NCBI RefSeq assembly: GCF_006345805.1
Contig: NC_043003.1
Coordinates: forward strand, 29,698,001 to 29,762,000
DNA length: 64,000 bases
Direction: 5' to 3'
Source of the DNA: Octopus sinensis
Taxonomy: Eukaryota
In this document: piece by piece, positions 25,591-36,979 of the stretch
Position numbering within the stretch: the stretch's first letter is position 1
Layout: every line of letters starts with the position of its first letter
Program-made: the position numbers and the translations under genes
Notes under the pieces: generated by a model
Told to the model about the DNA's origin: nothing
The model's input: the letters and a program-made list of their open reading frames with translations, nothing else
Database searches by the model: none

Positions 25591-25704
25591 GTTATCACCA
25601 AGTGGTTATTACATAAAGAGTTATCACCAAGTGATTATTACATAAAGAGTTATTATCAAGTGGTTATTACATAAAGTTATCATCAAGTGGGTATTACATA
25701 AAGA
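25591..25704. repeat. 29-bp minisatellite, 4 copies
   Basis: Unit GTTATCACCAAGTGGTTATTACATAAAGA starting at 25591, 25620, 25649 and 25676. Confidence 0.9.
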
Positions 25705-27172
25705 TATTGCTGATATTGTTCTAACAATATATATACCATAGACCATGGTGTATTTTCACTGAATGAAAGATACTACATGTGATATCCAATATATACCATA
25801 GTAAGTTGGGGTTTTTTTTTTCATTATTATCAAATGTGTCATTTCTTTAGAGAGCTGCAGATTAAGAATAAGATTTTGAACCAGATCAACAGTACTATTC
25901 CATGTTTAAAACACTACACACAGCTAGCTGTGAGAACATAACAGATTTGAATAACAATGTAAAGTGGTAGCATTGTTAAATTGATGAGAATTTTATAGGC
26001 TTACTGTGTTCAAGCCTATTTCTAAGTACAACTTGAAGAGGACAGGTATTGCCAAACTAACTTTCATGATAAAGAGCTCAACCAAGTATTACGTGACCCA
26101 TTATCACCACTTCTTTACATACTACCTTCCAGGAATATTCTGGGTTGATAATCAAACTGTGGTTGATGAGATAACAGAAAAATATCACAAACTAACATAT
26201 CGTCGCTTAATTTAGCAGATCCTCAACACACCTCAGTGAATTACTGTCATTGAAGGAAGCTATTACATGGTCACTTGATATGCTTGAGTATGCAATCTGA
26301 GCTAAATCTCATTCAAATCACACTAAAAGGACTTAGATAATGTACTCTGAGATATACCACATTTTCCAGCAGACAAGTCAAATTTTTCAGACCAAAAAAT
26401 TCCATGTGAAATACAGCAGGAATTGGAAAGGCAGTGATGATGCTTGAATGTTTACACTATATACTATGCTGATTTGTATATCAGAAAATACAATAAAATC
26501 TAGAAAAACAAAGAAGACAAGATGATCATTGTTGGAACATTTTAGATCATAGGTCTTCTGGATTGGAACTGACCTGAGATTAAACTATAATAGCTGATAA
26601 TAAGCAAATGCTGTGTGTTCTACACAGTGCCAGCTTTTTACCTAGACTGAGTGTGCCCTGATATTGGTTTCAGATTTTGGCACAAGGCCAGTAATTTCAG
26701 GAGAAGGGGAAAGTTGATTACATTGACTCTAGTGCTCAACTGGTACTTAATGTATCAACCCCGAAAGGATAAAAGGCAAAGTCAACCTCAGTAGAATTTG
26801 AACTCAGAACCAGAAGACAGATGAAATGCCACTAAGCATTTTGCCTGGTGTGCTGATTCTGCCAGCCCATCACCACACTGTGCCCTAATATTGGTTTCAA
26901 ATTCTGGCACTAGGCCAGCAATTTGAGAAGAGAGGAAAAGTCAACTGGTCTTATTTTATCAACTCCAAAAGGTGGAGCTTGAACTCAGAAAATAAAGACA
27001 GACTCAATGCCACTAAGCATTTTGTTCAGCATGCTAACAATTCTGCCAACTCACAGCCTTAGCCAAAACCATAATAATAATAATCATGATAATTACTTAG
27101 GTATAAGTCCATATACTTTAAGTAACTAAAAAAAGCAAGATTATTTAATAATCCAAAAGCAAAATCACTTAC

Positions 27173-27343
27173 TTTCTTCCTGCAATTTAGCCATGTTCTG
27201 AATATCTGAAACATCTGGGATACGGTTGGCAACTTGGCTTTGCGGTTCTGTCTCCTTGTTGGACGTACTTTCTACAGGTAGTAAGCGAAGTGATTCCTTA
27301 TTTTTCTTAGGTCTAGTGAAAGTGTTTGTGTCAACACGAGTCC
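27173..27343 (-). CDS. SLAIN: SLAIN coding exon containing the DVSDIQNMAKLQEES block
   Basis: Acceptor TTTTTGTCTTTTCAG and donor GTAAGT. Translates (G)TRVDTNTFTRPKKNKESLRLLPVESTSNKETEPQSQVANRIPDVSDIQNMAKLQEE(S), resembling SLAIN DVQ.LARMQEESLRQ. Confidence 0.92.
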
Positions 27344-28413
27344 CTGAAAAGACAAAAATTGGTTGATATATAAAAGATATGTCAACTTAACTGTAGAATT
27401 CACAACCTGGAAGAGGAAACTAACAGAACATTAAACAATGAATAGTGAAAACAAGAAACCATTGAAAGAATTCTATCTTCAAATACTGTTTAAATTTTCT
27501 GAAGAACACAGCAGGGTATTATGGAGGAAAGTATATATATCATTGATTGGAGTGACACACAACCTCCAGCCAATAATATATTATGATGCTGACAAAAGCA
27601 ATTATATTTTTTTGTCTCTAGAAGAGATGATAAGTAAAGTTAACTCTGGTGGGATCTAAACAGAAGACCATAGGACAGAAGTAAATACTGCCAGTATTTT
27701 ACAGTTTTTGCCACATGACTGGGTGAATAAAATTTGTAGGGAAGAAATTCAAGCTACCATATTGTACACATTACACTCTTGGAGTGGTTGGTGTTAGGAA
27801 GGGTATCCAGCCATAGAAACCATGCCAAATCAGACTGGAGTCTGGTGTAGCCTTCCAGTTTGCCAGCCATGGTCAAACCGTCCAACCCATGACAGCATGA
27901 ACAGACGTTAAATGATGATAATGATGATGATGATTGTTTCCAGTATATGACCAGTAGTTATTTTATCAACCCTTAAGGCATAACAGACAAAGACATTCCA
28001 AGGGGATGTGAACTGGATTGCCAAAGAATTTGGTTATCCCAAAGATGATGTTTCACTTCAAGCATAATACTTTGAGCTCGGTTATGTGTGTGTGTGTATG
28101 TAACATTGTATCTCAAGGCAAATAACAACATTGGCCACAATGTGTGTCTATGTAAGTTAGTTTAACTTTAGATATAATACAAAGAAAAGTTAGTTACGTA
28201 AATTGATATGAAATATCCAAATACAGGATTGCAGTTTGTAACTATATCTATGTAAATGTGAATATTCATGTCTTCAGTACTCTCATACAGACTAACACAT
28301 GTCCAGAAGTTTTTACAATGTGTAACTGTGCATTTGCCTTTGTATCAGAAGTGCAGTAAATGCATAATTAACACATTTCATATCCTTCAAAACCTGTCGG
28401 GGAGGGGAGGGGG

Positions 28414-28790
28414 CACAAGCGTGGCTGTGTGGTAAGAAGCTTGTTTCCCAACCACATGGTTCTGGGTTCAATCCCACTGCATGGCACCTCGGGCAAGTAT
28501 CTTCTACTATAACCTTGGGCCAACCAAAGCCTTGTGAGTGAATTTGGTAGACGGAAACTGAAAGAAGCTCATCGTGTGTGTGTGTACATGTTCCCCCCCC
28601 CCACTGTCACTTGACAACTAATGCTGGTGTGTTTATGTCCCTGTAACTTAGGAGTTCGGCAAAAGGGACCAATACAATAAGTATTAGGCTTACAAAGAAT
28701 AAGTCCTGGGGTCAATTTGATTGACTAAAGGCAGTGCTCCAGCATGGCTGCAATCAAATGACTGAAACAAGTAAAAGAATAAAGGAATAC
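28414..28790 (+). mobile_element. tRNA-like SINE family A, tail type 1
   Basis: Head TGGCTGTGTGGTAAG (A-box-like) and GGTTCAATCCC (B-box-like), internal microsatellite, tail ending AAACAAGTAAAAGAATAAA. Homologous copies at about 31540-31910 (+), 33600-33950 (-), 46270-46495 (+), 51535-51922 (-) and 9305-9482 (tail only). Confidence 0.85.
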
Positions 28791-29527
28791 ACACACACAC
28801 GATTTTGCTTGGGAATAGTGGTACTAATAACCAGTTGTTAGAACTCATTACAAAAATATACATATGGTTTAGCAATAAATGAGTACAGTAATAATAATAA
28901 AATCCACTTCATTAGCTTACAGATGTTTCTGCTGAAGGAAGCAGCGCACCTAGAACTGAATGCTTGTGCAACATCTTATAGCTTCATGGGAATCACTAAA
29001 ATGAAGTATATGTATATTCTGGAAAGCATTTAAATACATACACTTCATTTCAATGGCTCCAACAAAGCTATAAAATGTTGCACAAGTACTCAGCTCTAAG
29101 TGTACAGCTTTTCATAGAAGAAACAGCTGCAAGGTAATGGAGTTGATTACATGATTCTTGTTCCCTTGTCATTAATTTATGTGTGTGTGTGCATATATAT
29201 ATATATATATATATAAGGGAGAGTCATTTTTGCCAATAAAAATGCACACCCTGGTTACATTTTGCTTCTTTATTACCATTAGTCAACTGATTAGCTACTT
29301 AACTATTTACTTGATCAATCATTTGAAAAAGCAATCAGTTTGTCGGAGTTTTTTGTTGCCATTTGTAACCTCAACAACAAAGTGCCCTCAATGACCTGTC
29401 ACAGCCACAAACTAGATTCACTGTGTTTTATCTCAGTATTCATAGTCTTTGGCTTGTGTGTCAAACTAACCTTCCTAAGGTATGACACCTATTTCAACAT
29501 GAAATTTGTAAAACAATTTCCCAAAAG

Positions 29528-29564
<37 letters not shown>

Positions 29565-29565
<1 letters not shown>

Positions 29566-29940
29566 TAAGAGCACTCAGAGAGTGCACACATTCACCAGTG
29601 CAACACTAACATCCTCTCGGCGATAAGCCAGAGACGATTTTTAAAATAAGAATATCTGACATAAACTCTACTGCTCTCACAAATGAGAATACTAAAAATG
29701 AACCCGACTGCTCTCAAAAATTAACTAAAAAAAAATGGGAAAAATAATCCAGAATTCTTGTCCGGTACCAGATTTAACCCAAAATCTAATCAGTTCGTGC
29801 CAGTCACAAGGCCAAACATCCTTGAAAGTTTCAATCGAATCCATCCAGTGGTTCTTGAGATATATTGTCCACAGACAAACAAGCAAACAAACACAACTGA
29901 AAACAATACCTCCGCATTTGCTAAGGTTGAGGTAATAATA
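29565..29940 (+). mobile_element. Non-autonomous Helentron/HINE-like element
   Basis: Starts after a TA tract with AAGAGCACTCAGAGAG, contains CAAA repeats, and ends AAAACAATACCTCCGC...GAGGTAATAA with a TACCTC/GAGGTA hairpin. These ends resemble HINE-type elements from memory; no search was run. Confidence 0.45.
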
Positions 29941-31693
29941 ATCCTTGGATGGAATTTATAAATATTTTAATGCATCCAAGGATTGTTATTATCATTACTA
30001 TATTTATCCTATATTATATCAGCACAGCTTGGTGTGACCCCAAAACACCAGTTGGCATCATTAAGCAGTAGCAGTGTTGGGCAGTGTTGTTAGAATATTT
30101 TCCACATCATACAAATGATATAGCTCTCATGGCAGTGTTGGAGGGAATTAAGTTTCAGTTTCTGGAGATGATCTCAATAATCAAGACCTGCTATGTCATC
30201 TATTTCCTTTGTGATCGATCTCTGGGGTGCTTCAAATTTTATAATATTTTGTTTCATGTTGGGAGCTCCACAACAGACAGCAGTATTCATGGTGAGGATG
30301 GGCAACGGCAGAGAAGAAAGAGAAGGATAACACACACACACACACACACATCTTAATAGCTTGGCCAGCAGAAGAAGGGCAATGTTTCCAACCTATTTCA
30401 AAGCCTCTGAGTTTGGTGGGAGGAAAGATATTATTTTCAGCCAAGGCAATGGGTAGAGGTGGCATGAGAGAGAGAGTGGGGGAGATGTGTGTCCTAATAC
30501 AGTTGTGTAATGAAAATAGATGATTATATACTGACCTATAAAATAAAGTGAGATATAATTAGAGAGATCTGTAGGAGGTTGAGTTTGTCAGTAATTTAGA
30601 TATTACACACACCAGCATAGAATCAGCTGTTAAACTGATGGTGATAATGAGTGTAGCAATAACGCTGTTTCTGTTGTTGATGATAAAATACATGAGTAGC
30701 ATACCAGACATACTGAAATTGGGTGGACTTAACATAAGTAAACTTGAACATTATTTTATCAAACGTAATATGTTTAATTTGACAGCATACTACACTTATA
30801 GTGTTTAGACTGTGAAATAGATAGAAGTATGATAGAATCTTAATAGTATGCTCTGTGTGTCTGCAGACACATACCTATAAATGCATATATATATATAATA
30901 TACCCCACCTTCAACAATTCTCATTATTGCAGCATTTCTCGTAATATTGACACAAAAAAATATCAAGAAAAGCAGATTAAACAACAATCAATGAAATATA
31001 TTTGAACACATTACATTAAAATTTGAAACCATAACATAATTATTCCAACATTTATCTTCTAAAACCATCAACAGCAAAAGCATCATCCATATGCAAGTAT
31101 AAACAGGAATCATAAACATAGAGAGCAGTTATATGTTCATTATCATCATCATTTAATCATCCTTGTCCTATAGTGGCATGGGTTGGACAGTTTGACAGGA
31201 CCTGACAGGTCCAAAGACTGCACTGGGTTCTACTGTCTACTATGGCATGGTTTCTACAGTTGGATGCCTTTCCTAGTGTAAATCACTTGATAGCATGTAA
31301 AGGGTGCCACCAGTACTAATGAAGTCATAACGCAGCTTGCAAGTCAACAAATCCCAAGAGAGGTAGCATAATACCAAGAGATGAAACATTAATGTAAGAA
31401 AGAAATGCCAGGGCAAAACAAGGACTCCTGCTGTAGAGGGACCATTTAGCTACCCACATCAATAAACATTAAAATATGTGGCTTGGCCTAGTCTTACTAG
31501 AGGGAAGAATTAAGTGAAACCATTTGACACAAAATATTCTGTGGCTGTGTGGTAAGTTAACTTGCTTACCAACCACTAGCTGCTGGTTAGGTCCCACTGC
31601 GTGGTACCCTGGGCAAGTGTTTTCTACTATAGCCTCAGGCTGACTAAAGCCTTGTGAGTGGATTTGGTAGACGGAAACTGAAAGAAGCCCGTC

Positions 31694-31735
<42 letters not shown>

Positions 31736-33113
31736 ATACATAGATAAATATGCATGTATCGCCTGACAACTGATGCTGGTGTGTTTATGTACCCGTAACT
31801 TAGTGGTTCAGAATAAGAACTAGGCTTACAAAGAATAAATCCTGGAGTTGATTGCTTGACTAAAGGCGATGCTCCAGCATGGCTGCAGTCAAATAACTGA
31901 AACAAGAGTAAGTAATGAGAGAAAGAGGGGAGATGGATAGAGAGGGGTGGGAGTAGGTCAGGGACAATAACAATAACTCAATTACAAAAGTAGTTCAATA
32001 TATTTTGGCAAGAGTTTTGATTGGGGGAGGAGCAAGAATTTCAATGCCAAGATAATTACAGGTGAGAGAGATAGAGAGTTACTAGTCAAAGAGAAAGAGA
32101 ATTACTGATTAAAGTGAGAGAAAAAGAATTACTGGTTAAAGAGAGAGAGACATTATATATAAAATAAAACTAATAATGAGTGGTGAGAGCATCATTCAAT
32201 ATATAGAACAGTGAGGAGAGAATAAGTAGGTGAGTGAGAGAGAGACAGACAGACAGACAGAGATGAGAGTTACATTCTCATCTGTCTGTCACCATTGTTT
32301 TTAACAGGGGTTGGATGGGGCATTTTGAGGTGATGTTTTATGGCTGAATACCCTTCCCAATGCCAACCAAACTCTTTTAGTCACCTTAAATACAGTGTAC
32401 ATGTTCTATATCCCAGGATACACACACCAGACATCAGATGTAAATCATGTTGTACTGGCAGACAGAGATATGTGAGAATTACAAAAGATATACAATATAT
32501 TAGACAAAGAGATAGTGGGGGAGTGTGACATTAGATATAAAATATATTAGAGAGAGAGAGAGAGAGAGCTGTGAGAGTTACATTAGATTATAGAATACAT
32601 AACTAATGAGTACAGAAAGTGAGTTTTATTACTCACTTTCTGAGTTTTATTACTCACTTTCTGATAATCTAGAACCCAAGAGAGTTAACCATTTCATGAA
32701 CAACTGCAAGAAATCCCAGAGTAAGATACTCGACAGGAAACTATGATTCATCCTGTATTAGAAAGTCTAGAGTGCTACCAAATGTATGGGATAATACAGT
32801 TAATAGGTGCAGCTAGACAGTACCTTTATCTTCTCCCTCAATGTGGGTCACACAATGTAATTAGTAGAAATGGTTACAATTTTATATATATATATATATA
32901 TATGAAATGTACAAATTTCTAATTAAACAAGATGCTGAAAATGGAAAGAGGAATGTGCTTAAAAGATCAAAGAGACAAAAACACACCTATCCATACATAT
33001 AATATTCATACACAAATATATATCCATAAACATACATGCAACAATATATACTCATAATACTCATATATACCTAGACATGCAATTATAACCATATACAAAC
33101 ATTTTATATATAT

Positions 33114-33159
<46 letters not shown>

Positions 33160-33949
33160 TATATTATATCTTTAGCATGTAAGCATCTATACAGATGAAA
33201 ATTTCAGTAAAAAAAAAGGGTATGAAGACGTGGGGAAGAGATTCACCTGTGTGAGATGAGTTGGGATAAATTTGTAAATTTGGCTTACTGTCAGATAGTG
33301 GCAGCTGATTAAATTTTAACATCAACTTAAATTTACCTAAATATATATTTAGATAACTCACCCCACACAAATATATCCACCTCTTCCTATGTTTTGTTAA
33401 AATTCTTTATGAAATTATCAATTAACTTAGTATTTTAATTTCTGTTTGAATATAAGCATCTGGCAGTGAAATTTAAAGTCACAGTTAATACTTATATATC
33501 ATAACTCCAACAGAGTTATTGAGTCCTTTCATCAGTAAATGTTTATTGTTGTCATTAAAGCTAAGACACATTTTATATATATATATATATTTTCTTTTGC
33601 CTTTTACTTGTTACAGTCATTAGACTACAGCAATTTTTAGTTGAATGAATCAACTCCAGGACTTATTTTTTTAAAGCCTGCTACTTATTCAATCAGTCTC
33701 TTTTACCCCACCACTAAGTTACAGGGATGTAAACACACCAAAACTAGTTGTCGAGCAGTGATGGAAGATAGGGATAGGGACTGACATACATACACACACA
33801 CTACAAGCTTCTTAAAGTTTTCATCTACCAAATCCACTTACAAAGGCTTTGGTCAGCCCAAGGCTATACTTGCCCAAGGTGCAATGGAACTGAACCCAGA
33901 ACCATGTGGTGCAGAAGCAAGCTTCTTATCACATAACCATGCTTGTGCC

Positions 33950-33999
<50 letters not shown>

Positions 34000-34089
34000 T
34001 GTAGACACACATACACAGACACTCTTATAATCACTAAAATTTATTTAAATCTGAAATTATATATTCAAATTATTTATTAATTGTTATAA

Positions 34090-34925
34090 TCATCATCATC
34101 ATTTAGCATCCGCTTTCCATGCTAGCATGGGTTGGACGGTTCAACTGGGGTCTGTGAAGCCAGAAGGCTGCATCAAGCCCAGTCTGATCTGGCAGTGTTT
34201 CTACGGCTGGATGCCCTTCCTAACGCCAACCACTCCGTGAGTGAAGTGGGTGCTTTTTACGTGCCACCCGCACAGGTGCCAGACGGAGCTGGCAAACGGC
34301 CACGAACGGATGGTACTTTTACGTGCCACCGGCACGGGGGCCAGGCGAGGCTGGCAACGGACACGAACAGATGGTGCTTTTACGTGCCACTGGCACGGGG
34401 ACCAGGCGAGGCTGGCAACAGACACGAACGGATGGTGCTTTTTACGTGCCACCGGCACGAGGCCTGTCGGGGCGGCGCTGGCAACGGTCACGAATGGATG
34501 GTTCTCTTACGTGCCACCGGCACTGGTAACTCAGCTGCAATTTCCATTGATCGATTTCAATTCTGATCCTCACTTGCCTCAACAGGTTTTCACAAGTAGA
34601 GTTTTGTGTCCCAAGAAGGGAACGTATGCATACGTAGGCTGGCTCCATCCCATGTAGAAGGCCACGAGTTATGGTCTCACTTGTCCTGCCAGGTCTTCTC
34701 GTGCACAGCATACTTCCAGAGGTCTCTAGTCATTTCCTCAGTGAGACCTAAAGTTCGAAGGTCGTGCTTCACCACCTCATCCCAGGTTTTCCTGGGTCTG
34801 TCTCTTCCACAGGTTCCCTCAACCGCTAGGGTGTGGCACTTTTTCACACAACTATCTTCATCCATTCTCGCCACATGCCCATACCAGCGCAAACATCTCT
34901 CTTGCACACCACAACTGATGCTTCA
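34090..34925 (-). mobile_element. 5'-truncated RTE-clade LINE (ORF C-terminus, 3' UTR, (TGA)n tail)
   Basis: Minus-strand ORF 34677-34907 reads QERCLRWYGHVARMDEDSCVKKCHTLAVEGTCGRDRPRKTWDEVV, the typical RTE C-terminal RLRWYGHV..R...GRPRKTW motif. It is followed by a GC-rich UTR with tandem 62-bp units and a GATGATGATG tail. Confidence 0.88.
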
Positions 34926-34934
34926 GGTGAATAT

Positions 34935-35870
34935 TTAATATTTAGGAGACATGCCCTTTGCATTTTTCACACCAAGGACCTTATTAGGCATGTTACTGAT
35001 CAAATGATGAATATTCTCTTGCAGAATTTCTTTCATGCAGTAACTCAAAAGATCTGCCTTTGAAGATACTTTCTTGTTCTTTTTATGAAGTGCCCTGGCA
35101 ATTATGTCCCAGAGGTGTTCAATAGGGTTCGTATCTGATGACTGGCATGGCCATGGAAGCTTTTTAATGCCATTCTCATCAAACAAATCTTGGGTCAGTT
35201 TAGCCGTGTAACAAGGAGCCCCATCTTCCATAAATAAAGAGTCTTCTTTAATCATTTCACCATTGGAGAGGATTGGAAGGAGTCCTTTCTGCAATATGGA
35301 CACATATTTATCTGAATTTATGTTTCCCTCACACTCCACCAGCTCTGATCAGCCATTGCTCCAAATTGCTCCCCAGACCATTACAGAATAGCTGCAGTGT
35401 TTCATTGTTTGCTGCAATCTTTTCACATCAAATTCTTGATCACAGAGTCTCCAGGCCCACATTCAACTACTGTCAGGAAATATAGCAAATCTGGACTCAC
35501 AAGAGAATATGACAGTGTCCCAAAATGCTAGTGGCCTCTCCACCATCTCACTGGCCCAATCTCTTCTCCGCTTGATGAAAGCTGGTCAAAGAAGTAGCTT
35601 CCTTCTTGCTGCTTTGCCATAGTAACCCAAGTTTGTGAAGATACCTGACAGCTGTTCTGGGACTGATATCAACTTGTTCTACCATGTCAGATGCTTTGCA
35701 AAGAGGATTATCCTCCACACTTCTCTTAGCAAAGAGAAGGGTCCTGTCAGAAAGTGGGGTCTCAATGTCTTCTGTGATTTTACAGTAACTATGTCCACTT
35801 CCAGACTGACCCACAACACAGCCTCTTTGAAATTGAGACAGTTCTAAGGCTTCTTTGAACTTGGCATGAT
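34935..35870 (-). mobile_element. Degenerate Tc1-like (DD34E) transposase
   Basis: Frameshifted segments LSQFQRGCVVG, ISPRTAVRYLHKLG, VMVWGAI and FMEDGAPC...WPCQSSDTNPIEHLW; exactly 34 residues lie between the second D and the E. TIRs were not convincingly found. Confidence 0.9.
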
Positions 35871-36587
35871 TAAACAGTAACATATAGAACTGAAACATAA
35901 AAATGTCGATTAATAAAGATATAGATCTTTACAAGTTACAATAAACATAAAACATCATTTTATGGGGTGTCATGTCTGTGTGTGTGTATGTATACACACA
36001 CACACACACACACACATATACCATCTCTTTCTCACTCCAACCTCAACCCACTCCCTCTCTTCTAAAATGCAAGTAGCCTTATAGCTCCTCCACAGTATTG
36101 AACCTGTTCTGTTCTGGCCCCTCCTCTCATAATTTAACTCTTCATCTAGCATAAAACTACCTATCTGTATGGCAACTTCACTAATGTTGGTGGCATGGTT
36201 AAAAAAAAAAAGCACCCAGTATATAGCGTAAAGTTAGTGGCATTAGGAAAAGCATCAAACCAGAGAAACCATGCTAAAGTAGACAGTGGAGTATGATACA
36301 GTCCTTGGACCTATCAACCGGTTCAACCTATGTGATCATGGAAAATGGACATTAATCTTGTAGCATCCAAATTACTCCATCAAATGTAACGCTTATTTAT
36401 TCATATTATTTTGAATTAATCTTGCATTATCTTGCAGCTTTGAGATTTTGATGATGTGATTGTTTATTTTTTAAGAATGACATTATAGAGTAGGTGTGAG
36501 AGGCAGAATCTGGCCAGTTTGAACATAAAACAGAAGAATATTTTGGCCAGATATAGTCAGTTTAAATATGAAAGGGTTAAATGATGA

Positions 36588-36895
36588 AGGCACCTGGCTT
36601 AGTGGTTACGGTATTCAGCTCACGATCATAAGGTTGTGTGTTCAATTCCCAGTGATGTGTTGTGTCCTTGAGCAAGACACTTTATTTCATGTTGCTCCAG
36701 TTCACTCAGTTGGTAAAAATGAGTGGTACCTGTATTCTAAAGGGCCGGCCTTGTCACATTCTGTGTCATGCTGAATCTCCCTGAGAACTGTGTTAAGGGT
36801 ACATGTATCTGTGGAGTGCCTAACCACAAGCACATTAATTTTACAAGTAGGCTGTTCCATTGATTGGATCAATTTATGCCAAAATATAGCAGTCT
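36588..36895 (+). mobile_element. tRNA-like SINE family C
   Basis: Head TGGCTTAGTGGTTA...GTTCAATTCC followed by GTGTCCTTGAGCAAGACACTT; the body differs from families A and B. Only one clear copy in the window. Confidence 0.6.
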
Positions 36896-36945
36896 GAGGC
36901 AGCATTATAAACAAAACTTTCAAGTTAAACTGGATGTGCTAATCA

Positions 36946-36979
<34 letters not shown>

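Noticed and set aside
28414-28500. tRNA genes suggested by A/B-box motifs
   Set aside because: These are SINE heads that continue into repeat bodies; no complete cloverleaf could be built.
28915-28995. Minus-strand AG...GTAAGC exon candidate in the long SLAIN intron
   Set aside because: It has a stop codon in the required frame, and the alternative acceptors give incompatible phases.
34016-35980. CAGACA ends as Tc1 terminal inverted repeats
   Set aside because: Only about 6 bp match, next to CA microsatellites; insufficient evidence.
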